Source: Planctomycetota bacterium | GTDB taxonomy: Bacteria; Planctomycetota; GCA-002687715; CAIWVZ01 | DNA: 64,000 nt | Assembly: GCA_044222185.1 (NCBI GenBank) | Contig: JBGANV010000002.1 | Span: 352,001 to 416,000, forward strand | Direction: 5' to 3' | In this document: in pieces, positions 11,823 to 22,773 of the stretch | Position numbering within the stretch: the stretch's first letter is position 1 | Layout: each line of letters starts with the position of its first letter | Notes under the pieces: generated by a model | What the model saw: only the letters and a program-made list of their open reading frames with translations | The model's database searches: none | Told to the model about the DNA's origin: nothing | Program-made: the position numbers and the translations under genes

Positions 11823-12257
11823 TTTCGTCGCGCGCACCGTCGGCGCACGGACTGAGGATGCCAAATCGGAACGGTGCGTCGCGCGGAATGGCTGGCGACG
11901 GCGATCTGTTTTCCTGGAAGGGCGGGCGCCCAGCCTTCCGGCCAGGCACGGCCTGGCGCTCCGGCGGCGGCGGCGTTCGACGCGGTTTCAGGATCCGCGA
12001 GCTGTTCGCGCGGGAGGGCCAGCCTTCGGCTGGATCTCGCGGACTCGATCAAAAACCAGATCCCGGCGCGAGCCCGGTCGAGCCTTCACATCGGCGAGCG
12101 AGCATGGTCGCGCGTGGCGCGCGGGCCGGCTTGCTGCCAACCTGTCGACGTCGAGTTTCGTTGCTTTCCGTCGTCGCCGATCTGATGTCTCGTCCCGGCG
12201 GTCGATATCACCCCCCATGACGTCCCGGGTGGCAGTCGCCGGTCCGCCGTCCCGCAT

Positions 12258-12569
12258 TCATCCCCGCCGTGCGCGGTGCCGGCGCGGTGGCGTCGCCCGG
12301 CCCGACTCGGAACGGCGGCCGCGTCGTTCCGATTGGGCGGCGCCGTGCTCGCGATGATGGCGAAGGTGCCGAAGCAGGGCGTGGTGCGCCGCGCGACGCT
12401 CGCGGCGGTCGAGCCTTCCATCGTGGTTGCGATCGAAACGGTGCATGAGGCGCTCGTGCGCGTGGGCTCGGGGCGCTTCACCTCCCTGATGGCGGCGGTG
12501 CTGTGCGGTCACCACGCCTGGAATCAACGCGAGAACGAACAGGACGATGATGGGTGTGGCGCGAGTCAT
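12258..12569 (-). CDS. Small secreted His/Arg-rich EF-hand protein
   Basis: Strong RBS GGAGGAG, signal peptide, EF-hand loop FDRNHDGRLDRRE. Confidence 0.7.
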   Translation of the reverse strand: MTRATPIIVLFVLALIPGVVTAQHRRHQGGEAPRAHAHERLMHRFDRNHDGRLDRRERRAAHHALLRHLRHHREHGAAQSERRGRRSESGRATPPRRHRARRG

Positions 12570-12700
12570 CTGTCTCCTCCGTGGATGTTGGTCGCCGTCG
12601 TGAACGGCATGGACGCGAAGATCTTTCGACCGAACGACATCCCATGAACCCGCGGCGGCGCGATCGGTTCCGCCGGCCTTGCGGGCCGAATGGCCGCAAC

Positions 12701-13180
12701 TCAGGGAACACGCGCGAGCGTGACGAATTCGCAGGTCGGTGGCGCCGACGCTGAATCCTCGGTCGGGATTTCACGCCATCCTTGCGAATCCAACGCAGGG
12801 AAAAACACGTCTCCATCGTGAACGCCGCGGACCCGCGTCAGGTGCAGGCGATCGGCGCGCAGGAGGAACCAGGCGAAGATGTCGGCACCGCCGATGACCA
12901 TCACCTCGGACGCGGCGCCGGCGGCCGCCAGGGCATCCTCGGGTGATCGCACGACGGTGCACCCGGGCGCCTGAAACGCGGCGGAGCGCGTGATCACGAT
13001 GTTCTGCCGCCCGGGCAACGGCTTGCCGATCGAGTCGAACGTCTTGCGTCCCATGATCACGGGCTTCCCCAGCGTGATCTTCTTGAAGCGCTTCAAGTCC
13101 TCGGGGATGTGCCAGGGCAGGCGCCCATCCTTGCCGATCACGCGCGCCTCGTCCATGGCGACGATGATGGAGATCAGCAT
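12701..13180 (-). CDS. folA: Dihydrofolate reductase
   Basis: IIVAMD…VIGKDGRLPWHIPEDLKRFK, IMGRKTFDSIGKPLPGR, VIGGA and GDVFFP. Confidence 0.97.
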   Translation of the reverse strand: MLISIIVAMDEARVIGKDGRLPWHIPEDLKRFKKITLGKPVIMGRKTFDSIGKPLPGRQNIVITRSAAFQAPGCTVVRSPEDALAAAGAASEVMVIGGADIFAWFLLRADRLHLTRVRGVHDGDVFFPALDSQGWREIPTEDSASAPPTCEFVTLARVP

Positions 13181-13184
13181 GAGG

Positions 13185-13979
13185 TCAGACGGCAACGGGA
13201 GCCTTGATCGCGGGATGGGACTGGTAGCCGCGGATCTCCACGTCCTCGTATCGGAAGTCGCCGATCTCGGTCACTCCGTCCCGCAGGACGAGCGTGGGCA
13301 ACGGGAGCGGCTCGCGCGTCAGCTGGAGATCCGCCTGATCGACGTGATTGGCGTAGAGGTGAACGTCGCCGAACGAGTGGATGAAATCGCCGGGCTCGTT
13401 CCCCGTGACCCGCGCCACCATGGCGGTGAGCAGCGCATAGGACGCGATGTTGAACGGGACCCCGAGGAACACGTCGGCACTGCGCTGATACAGGTGACAC
13501 GAGAGCCGTCCCTGCGCGACGTGAAACTGGAACAGCACGTGACACGGCTGAAGGGCCATCTTCGGCAGGTCGCCCACGTTCCACGCACTGACGACGAGGC
13601 GGCGTGAGTCAGGATTGCGTCGGATCTCCTCGATGACTGAACCGAGCTGATCGACGACGCGGCCGTCGGCCGTGACCCAGCGACGCCATTGCGCTCCGTA
13701 GACGGGGCCCAGGTTGCCCTGACCGTCGGCCCACTCGTCCCAGATCGTGACGCCGTGTTCGCGCAGGTATTGGACGTTGGTGTCGCCGCGGATGAACCAC
13801 AGCAACTCGTGGATGATGGACTTCTGATGGACCTTCTTCGTCGTGACGAGAGGGAAGCCCTGCGAGAGGTCGAAGCGGAGCTGGGCGCCGAAGATGGAGA
13901 GCGTTCCCGTCCCCGTGCGGTCGGCTTTCCGCACGCCGTTCTGCCGGATGTGGCGCAACAGCTCGAGGTAGCTCTTCAT
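13185..13979 (-). CDS. thyA: Thymidylate synthase
   Basis: [50 protein letters not shown] and GDVHLY. Confidence 0.98.
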   Translation of the reverse strand: MKSYLELLRHIRQNGVRKADRTGTGTLSIFGAQLRFDLSQGFPLVTTKKVHQKSIIHELLWFIRGDTNVQYLREHGVTIWDEWADGQGNLGPVYGAQWRRWVTADGRVVDQLGSVIEEIRRNPDSRRLVVSAWNVGDLPKMALQPCHVLFQFHVAQGRLSCHLYQRSADVFLGVPFNIASYALLTAMVARVTGNEPGDFIHSFGDVHLYANHVDQADLQLTREPLPLPTLVLRDGVTEIGDFRYEDVEIRGYQSHPAIKAPVAV

Positions 13980-14013
13980 GGCCGTATCCTGAGGCCGCGC
14001 GGGCCGATCGGGG

Positions 14014-14793
14014 TCACGCGCGGAATTCGTCCACGATCTCGCCGCTCTCGGCCGTCGCTTCGCCGCGCCAGAAGATGCGGATGTCACCGATGGCGCCGTC
14101 CTGTGCGCAGCCGACCATCTGTTTCTTGAGAAGCAGCAGGAGCGCGAGGAACAGGCCGATCTTCTCCTGGCGCGGGGCTTCGGCGCGCATGAGGTCGGTG
14201 AACAGGACCGAGGATTCGCGCTGCACGCGTTCCGTCAACTGCTGTGCGTACACGCGGACCGGTGTGTCGTCGATGCGGACCGTCCGCTCCTTCGGAGCTC
14301 CTCCGCCGGTCGCCTCCATGAGCTTGGCGAAGGTGTCCAAGAGGTCGAAGAGCGTGACTTCGTCCATGGACCGATCTTTTTCCACCGGGCCGTCGACGCG
14401 CGCGGACTCCGGGCGACCCACCATCTGGGAGAACGTCGCGGCGCGCTGCTCGAGCTCCTGGCACTGGTCCTTGAGGCGCTTGTACTCGAGGAGCTGCTGA
14501 ACGAGGCCGTAGCGGGGATCGATCTCCTGCTCCAAGTCGACCTGTTCGGCTGGCAGCAGCATCTTCGACTTGATCACCATCAGGGTCGCCGCGAGCACGA
14601 GGAACTCACCCGCGTCGTCCAGATCCAATTCCTGGATCAGCTTCATGTGGGCCAGGTACTGGTCGAGCACGCGCGAGATCGGGATGTCGTGGATGTCGAT
14701 CTCCTCCTTGCGGATGAGCCACAGGAGGAGGTCCATGGGACCGGCGAAATTCTCGAGCTGGACGCGATACTCCACGATCAGACCCCTCTCCAC
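14014..14793 (-). CDS. scpA: Segregation and condensation protein A (SMC kleisin)
   Basis: [46 protein letters not shown] and C-terminal FLALLLL. Confidence 0.93.
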   Translation of the reverse strand: MERGLIVEYRVQLENFAGPMDLLLWLIRKEEIDIHDIPISRVLDQYLAHMKLIQELDLDDAGEFLVLAATLMVIKSKMLLPAEQVDLEQEIDPRYGLVQQLLEYKRLKDQCQELEQRAATFSQMVGRPESARVDGPVEKDRSMDEVTLFDLLDTFAKLMEATGGGAPKERTVRIDDTPVRVYAQQLTERVQRESSVLFTDLMRAEAPRQEKIGLFLALLLLLKKQMVGCAQDGAIGDIRIFWRGEATAESGEIVDEFRA

Positions 14794-15521
14794 CGGCGAA
14801 ACACCGAAGCCATGTGGAACACGTACTCCTCAACGTTCCCCTGGGTCTTCAGGAACCATCGCGGGAACCCCGGCCCCACGACCGGGATGAACCGTGCGAG
14901 GTTGCCCGTGATCCAGAACAACCCGATACCGAGGATCAGCACCGTCACGGGGGCCATCATGTAATAGACGTGACGCACCTTGTCCGGCAGGATCGCTCCG
15001 AGGATGCGGCTTCCGTCCGCGGGCGGCAGCGGAACGAGGTTGATGATCACGAGGAAGACCGAGAACCACAGTGACAGGTTCAGGATCTTGAACAGGATCG
15101 AGCCCTGGGCGTCGATCTCGTCGATCACGTCGTAGGCCATGAGACCGGCGGCGACCGTCGCGCAGATGAACGCGAAGATGGCGTTGCCGAGCGGCCCGGC
15201 GATGGCGACGAGAGCCATGCGTCTCGGCCCGATCTTCCCCGCATCGACCATGACGGGACGCGCCCCGCCCATGGGGCACTGGAGAAGCACGTACGTCACG
15301 ATCGGCATGACGATCGTGAGGAACCAATGGATGTGGTTGATCGGGTTGAGCGTCATCCTCTTGCGGATCTCGTCACGCTTGTCCCCCGCCCACCAGGCGA
15401 CGACCGCATGGCCCGCTTCGTGCAGCGAATTGCTGATGAGCAGTAGGACGATCACGCCCGCGATGACGTAGGCGTCCTTCTTCGAGAAATTGAAGCCCGA
15501 GGCGAGGAGGAGGGAGGGCAT
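14778..15521 (-). CDS. Site-2 protease family (M50) membrane metalloprotease
   Basis: HEAGH, TLNPINH, VAIAGP and NLVPLPPADG. Confidence 0.92.
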   Translation of the reverse strand: MPSLLLASGFNFSKKDAYVIAGVIVLLLISNSLHEAGHAVVAWWAGDKRDEIRKRMTLNPINHIHWFLTIVMPIVTYVLLQCPMGGARPVMVDAGKIGPRRMALVAIAGPLGNAIFAFICATVAAGLMAYDVIDEIDAQGSILFKILNLSLWFSVFLVIINLVPLPPADGSRILGAILPDKVRHVYYMMAPVTVLILGIGLFWITGNLARFIPVVGPGFPRWFLKTQGNVEEYVFHMASVFRRWRGV

Positions 15522-15726
15522 GGAGTCCGATCGCACGGACCGCGCCGCGCGTGAGATGACCGCGATCGTACCAGTGTGCCGAAAGGCGGTCAAAAAGCGC
15601 CAAGCCGCAGCGTCGTGCGGGATGCGCGCACCGAAACGGACGCGTGGCGCGCGTTGTCCGTGTCCGACGGCACACGTAAGATCCGCCGCATTTTTTTCCC
15701 GCTCCGCGCTTCCGGGGAGATCGCGG

Positions 15727-16695
15727 TTGACCGACACGATCACCTACGCCAGGCAAGTCCTCTCCATCGAAGCGCAAGCCGTCTCGGCACTCGTCTCCGG
15801 GCTCGGCTCATCCTTCGAGCAGGCCGTCCGTCTCCTGCTCGACTGCAAGAGCATGACGGTCGTCTCGGGCATCGGAAAGTCCGGGCTCATCGGCCAGAAG
15901 CTCTCGGCAACCCTGGCTTCCACCGGAACCCCGGGGTTCTTCCTGCATCCGTCGGACGCCATGCACGGAGACCTGGGACGCGTCCGGGCGGGCGACGTGG
16001 CCATCCTCCTCAGCCAGAGCGGCGAGAGCGAGGAGATCGTGCGACTCATCGACCCGCTGAAGCGCATCGGGGCGCGGGTGATCGCCATGACCGGCAACAC
16101 GCAATCCACGCTCGGGCGGAACGCGGACGTCGTCCTCGACTGCGGCCGCGCGCCGGAGGCGTGCCCCCTTGGCCTCGCCCCGACGACCAGCACGGTGGCT
16201 CAGCTCGCGCTCGGCGATGCGCTCGCCATGACCGTGCAGCAGCTTCGTGGATTCCAGAGGGAGGATTACGCCCGTTTCCACCCGGCCGGTCAGCTCGGTC
16301 GCCGTCTCATGCGCGTCGCCGAAATCATGCGGCGCGGCGATTCCCACACGGTCGTGTCAGCAGGGATGACGGCGAAGGCCGTCGTCATGCGGATGAACAC
16401 GACGCGTGGTCGGCCGGGGGCCGCCGCGATCGTCGACTCCGGGGGCGTGCTCGCCGGTTTCTTCACCGACGGCGACCTCGCCCGCCACCTGGAGCGCGAC
16501 ATCCTCTTCCTCGAACGGCCGATCGACGAGGTGATGAATCGCTCGCCGATCACCATCGCCCCCGAAACGCTCGCCTCAGAAGCCTTGCAGATCCTCCGAG
16601 ACCGCCACATCGACCAGCTCGTCGTCCTGGACGGCGAGCGTCGCCCGGTGGGACTGCTCGACGTGCAGGACGTGCTCGCCGCACGGATCATCTGA
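15727..16695 (+). CDS. kdsD: Arabinose-5-phosphate isomerase (KpsF/GutQ family, SIS + CBS)
   Basis: GIGKSGLIG, ASTGTP, HGDLG, EACPLGLAPTTST, FHPAGQLG and a CBS pair. TTG start with GGGGAGA RBS. Confidence 0.95.
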   Translation: MTDTITYARQVLSIEAQAVSALVSGLGSSFEQAVRLLLDCKSMTVVSGIGKSGLIGQKLSATLASTGTPGFFLHPSDAMHGDLGRVRAGDVAILLSQSGESEEIVRLIDPLKRIGARVIAMTGNTQSTLGRNADVVLDCGRAPEACPLGLAPTTSTVAQLALGDALAMTVQQLRGFQREDYARFHPAGQLGRRLMRVAEIMRRGDSHTVVSAGMTAKAVVMRMNTTRGRPGAAAIVDSGGVLAGFFTDGDLARHLERDILFLERPIDEVMNRSPITIAPETLASEALQILRDRHIDQLVVLDGERRPVGLLDVQDVLAARII

Positions 16696-16696
16696 C

Positions 16697-17215
16697 ATGG
16701 CCATGCCCGACTTCGGTCCCATCCAATTGCTCGTCCTCGACGTCGACGGGATCCTCACCGACGGCATGCTGTACGTCTCGGACGACGGACAGGCGTCCAA
16801 GCGGTTCTCCATCGTGGACGGCGCCGGCCTCGTCTATTGGCAGCGTGCCGGGCTGAAGGCCGCCATCATCTCCGGACATTCCTCGCAGGCGACACTCACG
16901 CGCTTCAAGTCGCTGGGTCTCGATGAGGTCCACGTCGGAGTGAAGGACAAGCTCGAGACCTACTTGTCGGTTCTGGACCGCATGGGCCTCACGCCCAAGC
17001 AGACGGCGGTGATGGGCGACGACCTCATGGATCTCCCCCTGCTCAAGCGCGCGGGCTTCTCCGCGACGGTCGGGCCGGCGCACGAGGCGTGCCGTCGCGT
17101 CGCCCATTACGTCACGGAGAAACAGCCCGGTAACGGCGCGGTGCGTGAAGTCATCGAGCTGATCCTGAAGGCGAAGGGCCTCTTCGACGCGATCCTGGAG
17201 CGCTACGACGCGTGA
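16697..17215 (+). CDS. kdsC: KDO-8-phosphate phosphatase (HAD)
   Basis: LDVDGILTDG, MGDDLMDLP and GNGAVRE; directly follows kdsD. Confidence 0.93.
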   Translation: MAMPDFGPIQLLVLDVDGILTDGMLYVSDDGQASKRFSIVDGAGLVYWQRAGLKAAIISGHSSQATLTRFKSLGLDEVHVGVKDKLETYLSVLDRMGLTPKQTAVMGDDLMDLPLLKRAGFSATVGPAHEACRRVAHYVTEKQPGNGAVREVIELILKAKGLFDAILERYDA

Positions 17216-20200
17216 GGCGCGCGCTCCTGTTTCTCGCCGTCGCATTCCCGGCGGTGATCGTCATCGCCATGCTCCAGAGCCAGCGGCACGGAGTGGGCCG
17301 CAACTCGCCGCTGGCCACCGCGAAACCCGAGTCGCGCGCAACGCCAGTCGGGCGTGACGTCCCGCAGGCCTTCGACGTATGGGCCGGCCACATGTGGGAC
17401 CTGTTCGCGGAGAACCCCCGCGACATCACGCTCGGCGACCAGGTCGTCCGTTACCAACGGCACCTCGTCGCCGCGAAGACGACGGAACCGCGCGACAACG
17501 AGGCCATCCGTGCCACGGGGATCACGATCCTCTTCAATCCGACCCCGAAGAACGAGCACGATCTCTCGCGACTCGTCTCCATCCCAATCCCGATCGGGGG
17601 CCCGGAAGCGGGAGCCAAGGTGCGCGCGTCGTTCGGCCGCGTGCCAGGCGTCGTGGCCGACGAGGCGATCGTCCGCGGATCGCACGACCTCACCGTGCTG
17701 TCCCGGCTCGAGCTCAAGGGTCACGTGCGGTTCGTGTTCGTCGACCCGGAGGTCCCGTCGGAGCTGACCGAGATCCTGGCGGAACGACTGACGCTGATCT
17801 TCGAGAACGGAGAGCCGATCACGGTCACGAGCGATGCCGCCGTGGCGATCACGCGTCCCGTGGCGAAGGACGCGGACATCCGGGGAACCGGCTTCGACAT
17901 GTCCCTGAAGGACGGGCGAGCGACGATCCAGCGCGCCGTCCGGATCCTCCTCGTGCCTCCGGAACGGGTGAATTCCGGGCAGCTTCCCGTGGAGCTCGTG
18001 TCAGATGGTCCGGCCGAGTTCATCTCCGAGCGAAACTCGAAGGGCAGCGCCAACCGCCAGGGCTTCGACTTCAACAACGGCCGCGTGGAGCTCTCGAACG
18101 GAGTCAAGGTCACGCAGGGTGACGCCACGGCTTCCTCGCGCAACGCGCTGATCACGCTCGGCCGGAAGAACGGCGCCTCCACCACCTCCGCCGAGCTCAC
18201 GAACGACGTGCTCCTGTCGATCCCGCGCACCACGTGCCGCGGGAGTCGCCTCGTCTTCCAGCCCCATCTCACGGATGGTGACCCGATCTGGATCGAAGGG
18301 GCGCCCGCGGTCGCGACGTTCGTCGATGGGGCGCGGCTGCTCCCCGGCAACACGGCGGCATCGGGCGATCTGCGCGTCCTGACGAAGGGCCGGATCGCCG
18401 TGCGCCCGCTTCCCGTCGACGGCGTGGGGACGAACGTGCACCTGGTGACGATCCCTTCCGACGCCACCGTCGAGGGCGGAGATGTCCACCTCGCGAGCAA
18501 GGACATGAAGGTCTGGATCGCGGACCTGCCGGACCCGTCAGCCGGGACACCCAACGGTCGCCGGCGCCAGCCTTACCGCGGAGAGCTGCACGGCGCCGAG
18601 TTGACCTCGGCCTCCATGGACGTGAACGCGCGCGAGCTGATCCTGCGGCGCGAGTTCGACGGACTGGGCGTTCCACGCAAGGACGTCGTCAACATCGGCG
18701 GACCGTACACCGTCAGGCTGCGCAACCTGCCGGAACTCATGGGAGCACTCGGCGCGGCGCCTGCGTCGCGAACGACCGTGGCCGAATCGCGTGCCGACTC
18801 CCGCGGCGAGTCGCGCCCCGACGACCGTGCGATCCGGATCCCGGCGTTCCTCGCCGGCGCCGATGAGCTCCTGATCTCCGGTCCGGGGACGCTCGAACTG
18901 GTTCGACCCCCGCTTCAGGACGCTCCCCTCTTCGCCACGGCGAAGAACGGAGTGGAAGTCCGCGCCGTCGAGAAGGACGCCACGCAGCCGAAAGCACGCT
19001 TCAAGTCGCAGTCGGCCGAACTGGTCCTGAAGCCGGATTCGGATCTTGGCCGCGATTTCCGCGTCGTGCACCGCCTCGCCCTGGCGACGGCCGAGAAGTC
19101 CGTGCTGGTCGAAGTCCCCGGCCTCATCACGGCTCACGCAGGCGCCATGCGATTCGACGGCGAGCGGCAGGAACTCGTCCTCATGGCCGCAGGCGACGCC
19201 GCGAAGCCGCACTTGCAGTTCACGGGAGCCCAGCGACCTGCCGAGTCCATCGCCGCCGGGCACATCCTCTATTCGGCGGTGACCTACCGCGTGACGGCGA
19301 CGTCGGGCGTGATCGCCGAGGTCCAGATGCCGCAGATCCCCTGGGTCGCTGGCGCCACGGTCGTCGGTCCGGTCCTGTCGACGATCAGCGCGAGCGAGGC
19401 GACCGTCGACCTCGATCGCAAGGCGGCCGAATCGGGTCGATGGGTGCCCGCGGAATGCGACGCCAAGGGCGCGGTGTCGCTCGTGCAGCCGAATCGGACG
19501 GTCGCGGCGTCGACGTTCCACTACGATCTGCAGCGCTTGAACGGGAATCTCACCGGCGAGCACGTGAAGATCACGGCGCGCCCCATGATCGACGGCTTGC
19601 GGTACGACGACTTCCTCGAGTGTCGGGGCGCGACGCTCCTGGCGGAGCAGATCGTCGTCGACGGACCCGTCCACGCCCTGTTGCACGTGAGCCCCGACCA
19701 CTTCGCGCTCGCGATCCCCATCAACGGGCCTGCGACCAATTCCGCCGGCAAGACCGCCGGACCGCGGAATACGACGATCGACTGCCGCGGCAAGCTGAAC
19801 CTCTCGAAGGATGCGCTCATCGCCACCGAGCGCGTCGTCGTCGAGCAGGGGAACCCGGATGCGGATGGCGTCAAGGTGGAGGCGGACCAGGCCACACTCC
19901 TCCTCGTACCCGTCGAGGGCGGCAAGGGCGCCGTGGACGTGGCCGTCGCCGAGTTGCGCCGATCGGTTGCGTACCGGTCGCGGGATCTGCAGACAAACTG
20001 CGACGTGATGGTCGTGAACCGTGCCATGCGGAAGGCCACCATGTACAACGAGCGCCCGGAGCGGGTCACCGTGTGGCTGCGACGGGAGCTGTTCCCGGGT
20101 CTCGTCCGGAACAACGTGTCCGCGATCACTGTGAACTATGCGACGCCGGGCAAGCCCGTCGTCGAGATCGACCGTCCGGACATCAACATGATCCCGGGCT

Positions 20201-20220
20201 CCGGAGGACTGAACCGGTGA
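17212..20220 (+). CDS. Large membrane-anchored beta-rich protein, putative LptC/LptA(OstA)-like LPS bridge
   Basis: N-terminal TM helix and repeated OstA/LptC-like strands (VTSDAAVAI…IRGTGF, NGVKVTQGD, AKGAVSLVQ…ASTFHYD). Lies between kdsC and lptD with overlapping stop/start codons. Confidence 0.6.
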   Translation: MRRALLFLAVAFPAVIVIAMLQSQRHGVGRNSPLATAKPESRATPVGRDVPQAFDVWAGHMWDLFAENPRDITLGDQVVRYQRHLVAAKTTEPRDNEAIRATGITILFNPTPKNEHDLSRLVSIPIPIGGPEAGAKVRASFGRVPGVVADEAIVRGSHDLTVLSRLELKGHVRFVFVDPEVPSELTEILAERLTLIFENGEPITVTSDAAVAITRPVAKDADIRGTGFDMSLKDGRATIQRAVRILLVPPERVNSGQLPVELVSDGPAEFISERNSKGSANRQGFDFNNGRVELSNGVKVTQGDATASSRNALITLGRKNGASTTSAELTNDVLLSIPRTTCRGSRLVFQPHLTDGDPIWIEGAPAVATFVDGARLLPGNTAASGDLRVLTKGRIAVRPLPVDGVGTNVHLVTIPSDATVEGGDVHLASKDMKVWIADLPDPSAGTPNGRRRQPYRGELHGAELTSASMDVNARELILRREFDGLGVPRKDVVNIGGPYTVRLRNLPELMGALGAAPASRTTVAESRADSRGESRPDDRAIRIPAFLAGADELLISGPGTLELVRPPLQDAPLFATAKNGVEVRAVEKDATQPKARFKSQSAELVLKPDSDLGRDFRVVHRLALATAEKSVLVEVPGLITAHAGAMRFDGERQELVLMAAGDAAKPHLQFTGAQRPAESIAAGHILYSAVTYRVTATSGVIAEVQMPQIPWVAGATVVGPVLSTISASEATVDLDRKAAESGRWVPAECDAKGAVSLVQPNRTVAASTFHYDLQRLNGNLTGEHVKITARPMIDGLRYDDFLECRGATLLAEQIVVDGPVHALLHVSPDHFALAIPINGPATNSAGKTAGPRNTTIDCRGKLNLSKDALIATERVVVEQGNPDADGVKVEADQATLLLVPVEGGKGAVDVAVAELRRSVAYRSRDLQTNCDVMVVNRAMRKATMYNERPERVTVWLRRELFPGLVRNNVSAITVNYATPGKPVVEIDRPDINMIPGSGGLNR

Positions 20221-22595
20221 CCGAACGCATCGCCAGGAGCCTCGCCACATTCGCCATCGGGTTCGCACTCGGAGTCGTGGGCGCGTCGACCTCTCCGGCG
20301 CAGGACTCCCAGGCGGCGCCGGACACCAGGCCCGCCACCAGCCGGCAAGCGACGGTTCGCACCTTCGAGTCCGGCGCGTGCGAATTCATGGTGTACGAGC
20401 CTGCCGATCGCACCATCTACCTGATCACCAACGTCCGCGCGAAGGTCGGCGACATGGAGATCTTCGCGCAGAACGTGATCTTGTGGCTCGCGGAGGGCGC
20501 CGACTTCCGCAAGGGGGCGGCAACGGGGGCCGAGTCTCGCCCCAAATCAGACTTCGACGTCGTCCCCGAGGACCTGAAGAAGTTCGTCACGGAGATCTAC
20601 GCCGAAGGAACAGTCATCGTCCGCCAGGGTGAGGAGCTGCACCGCTGCGAGAGCGCGTTCTTCGATCTCGTGCACGACCGCGGCATCGTCGTCGACTCGA
20701 CGACCACGTTCCCGCTCAAGACCACGGCGAGAGACACCAAGCTCGTCGTCCACGCGGACGAGCTGCGCTTCCTCTCTCAAAGCCGCCTGGACGCCATCGG
20801 CGTGCAGGTCACGACCTGCCGCTTCGCCCATCCCCACTACCACGTGGCCTCGGAACACATGGAGATCTTCCGCCAGCACGCCATGGCGGCGGACCCGACG
20901 ACGGGCACCGAGAGCCGCCCCGCGGGAATCCACTACGACACCGAGGGCAACACGCTCGTCCTCGGTTCAGGCATGCCGGCCATCTGGATGCCCGATTTCG
21001 CCGGCGACACGGGGACACCCGCGGGCTCGACGTTCCGCTACGTGAAGGACGTGCGTTTTCGGAGCTCCAATCGCTTCGGTCGCCAGTTCGGCGTGACGCT
21101 CGGCGACGACCTCGAGACGGAAACCGGGGAGAAGTGGGGATCCGTGGCCGTCGATCTGGAGTATCGCAGCAAGCGTGGCCCCGGTGCGGGCATCGACTTC
21201 GCCTATCACCAGCCCGATTTCAGGGGCCGAACGCGAGCCTACTATCAGCGCGACATCGGCGAGGACAAACTCTATGGTGAGCCGCCGACCAACAATCGCG
21301 GTTGGTTGAGCTTCCAGCATCGCCACTATCTGCCGCTGGAACTCCAACTCGACCTCGAGGCGAACGTCTTCAGCGATCGCGGTTATTACCCGGAGTACTT
21401 CAAGGAAGAGTATCGCGGAGACAAGCCGCCGGAGACCTATGCGTATTTGAAGCGCTCGTTCCAGAACAGCGCCGTCACTGCGTTGTTCTCGACGCGCCTC
21501 AACCACTTCGAAACGGTCACGGAGTATCGACCCAAGGTCGATTATTGGCTCGTCACGGAGCCCGTCGCCGACCTGTTCGACACGCCCGTGTACTTCTCCA
21601 CGCGCGCCGAGGTCTCGCAGGTGCGCCGGCTGACCGACAAGGATCTGGGCGTGGCCGCCCGATCCACCTGGCGTGCCGACATCGACAACGTCGTCGAGTA
21701 CCCGTTCTTTGCGGGGCCGGTGAAGGTCACGCCTTTCGGGGGTCTCCGCGAGACGTACTACTCCAACGACCTCGCGCGCAACAACGACGAGTTCCGAACG
21801 GGATTCACCTATGGCGGCGAGGCCACGCTCATCGCCTGGAAGACGTTCGATGCGAGCGGGGGCATCTTCGGCCTCGACGGACTTCGCCACGTCGTCGAGC
21901 CCGTGATCCGTTATCAGCGCACCACGGGCGTGGATCTCAAGCCGGACGAGCTGGTCTTCTATGACGAAACGGACACGTTCGACAACGACGAGCGCCTGAC
22001 GTTCGAAGTCCGGAACCTGTTCCAGACGATCCGCCACCGACCCACGGGTCCGGCGGTCGACGAGATCTTCGACATCGACGTATCGATGGACTTCTTCCCT
22101 GACGCGGACCGTGACAATGCCGGCGACAATTGGGGGAACATCGTCGTCGATACGGTCACCCGGTTCTCCGACGAGCTGCAGATCATCACCGACTTCGAGG
22201 TGGATCCGAACACCGCGCAACTGGACGAGTTCAACATCGCCGCGGGCTACGCCCCGAACGAGACCTTCCAGACGTACGCCGGCTTCCGCCACTTCGAGGA
22301 TGATTGGGATGTGGTCTTCGGCCAGCTCAACTGGCAGATGACGGACAAGTGGCTGGCGCGGATCTACACGTCGTACGACGTTTCCCGCGGCAACGGGATC
22401 CAGAACGAGCTGGTGCTGGCCCGCATGGGCCACGACTGGGTCTTCGAGCTGATCCTTCGCGCCGATTACGGCGACAACGACTACTCGGTGAATTTCGGCA
22501 TCAACCCCCGGATCTTCTACGACCCGATCCTGGGCCCGCACTCGGTGCGACGAGAGCCGGAATTCCAATACCTGGGCACCCAGATCCACAAGTGA
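20217..22595 (+). CDS. lptD: LPS-assembly outer membrane protein LptD
   Basis: Signal peptide, N-terminal jellyroll (IYAEGTV, TTCRFAHPHY), YRSKRGPGAG, SDRGY, GLRHVVEP and an aromatic-rich barrel. GTG start overlaps the upstream TGA. Confidence 0.85.
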   Translation: MTERIARSLATFAIGFALGVVGASTSPAQDSQAAPDTRPATSRQATVRTFESGACEFMVYEPADRTIYLITNVRAKVGDMEIFAQNVILWLAEGADFRKGAATGAESRPKSDFDVVPEDLKKFVTEIYAEGTVIVRQGEELHRCESAFFDLVHDRGIVVDSTTTFPLKTTARDTKLVVHADELRFLSQSRLDAIGVQVTTCRFAHPHYHVASEHMEIFRQHAMAADPTTGTESRPAGIHYDTEGNTLVLGSGMPAIWMPDFAGDTGTPAGSTFRYVKDVRFRSSNRFGRQFGVTLGDDLETETGEKWGSVAVDLEYRSKRGPGAGIDFAYHQPDFRGRTRAYYQRDIGEDKLYGEPPTNNRGWLSFQHRHYLPLELQLDLEANVFSDRGYYPEYFKEEYRGDKPPETYAYLKRSFQNSAVTALFSTRLNHFETVTEYRPKVDYWLVTEPVADLFDTPVYFSTRAEVSQVRRLTDKDLGVAARSTWRADIDNVVEYPFFAGPVKVTPFGGLRETYYSNDLARNNDEFRTGFTYGGEATLIAWKTFDASGGIFGLDGLRHVVEPVIRYQRTTGVDLKPDELVFYDETDTFDNDERLTFEVRNLFQTIRHRPTGPAVDEIFDIDVSMDFFPDADRDNAGDNWGNIVVDTVTRFSDELQIITDFEVDPNTAQLDEFNIAAGYAPNETFQTYAGFRHFEDDWDVVFGQLNWQMTDKWLARIYTSYDVSRGNGIQNELVLARMGHDWVFELILRADYGDNDYSVNFGINPRIFYDPILGPHSVRREPEFQYLGTQIHK

Positions 22596-22773
22596 TGCAC
22601 GGGCTCCGTGCGCGCGTCGCGTGATTGAATCCCAATCCCGACCGCTCATCCCGGGGATTTCCCGTGCGATGGCGCGTGTTCCGATCACGGGAACGCCGAA
22701 TACCATGCGGACCGAAAGTCGTCGCCCGGGTCCCGCTCGACGTGCCGTGGACCGGCGACGGATTGCTCATCCC

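Noticed and set aside
11988-12257. 89-aa ORF after the EF-hand gene
   Set aside because: No RBS, atypical codon usage and no motif.
19440-20216. N-terminal extension of LptD
   Set aside because: It overlaps the upstream gene out of frame; the signal peptide begins at GTG 20217.
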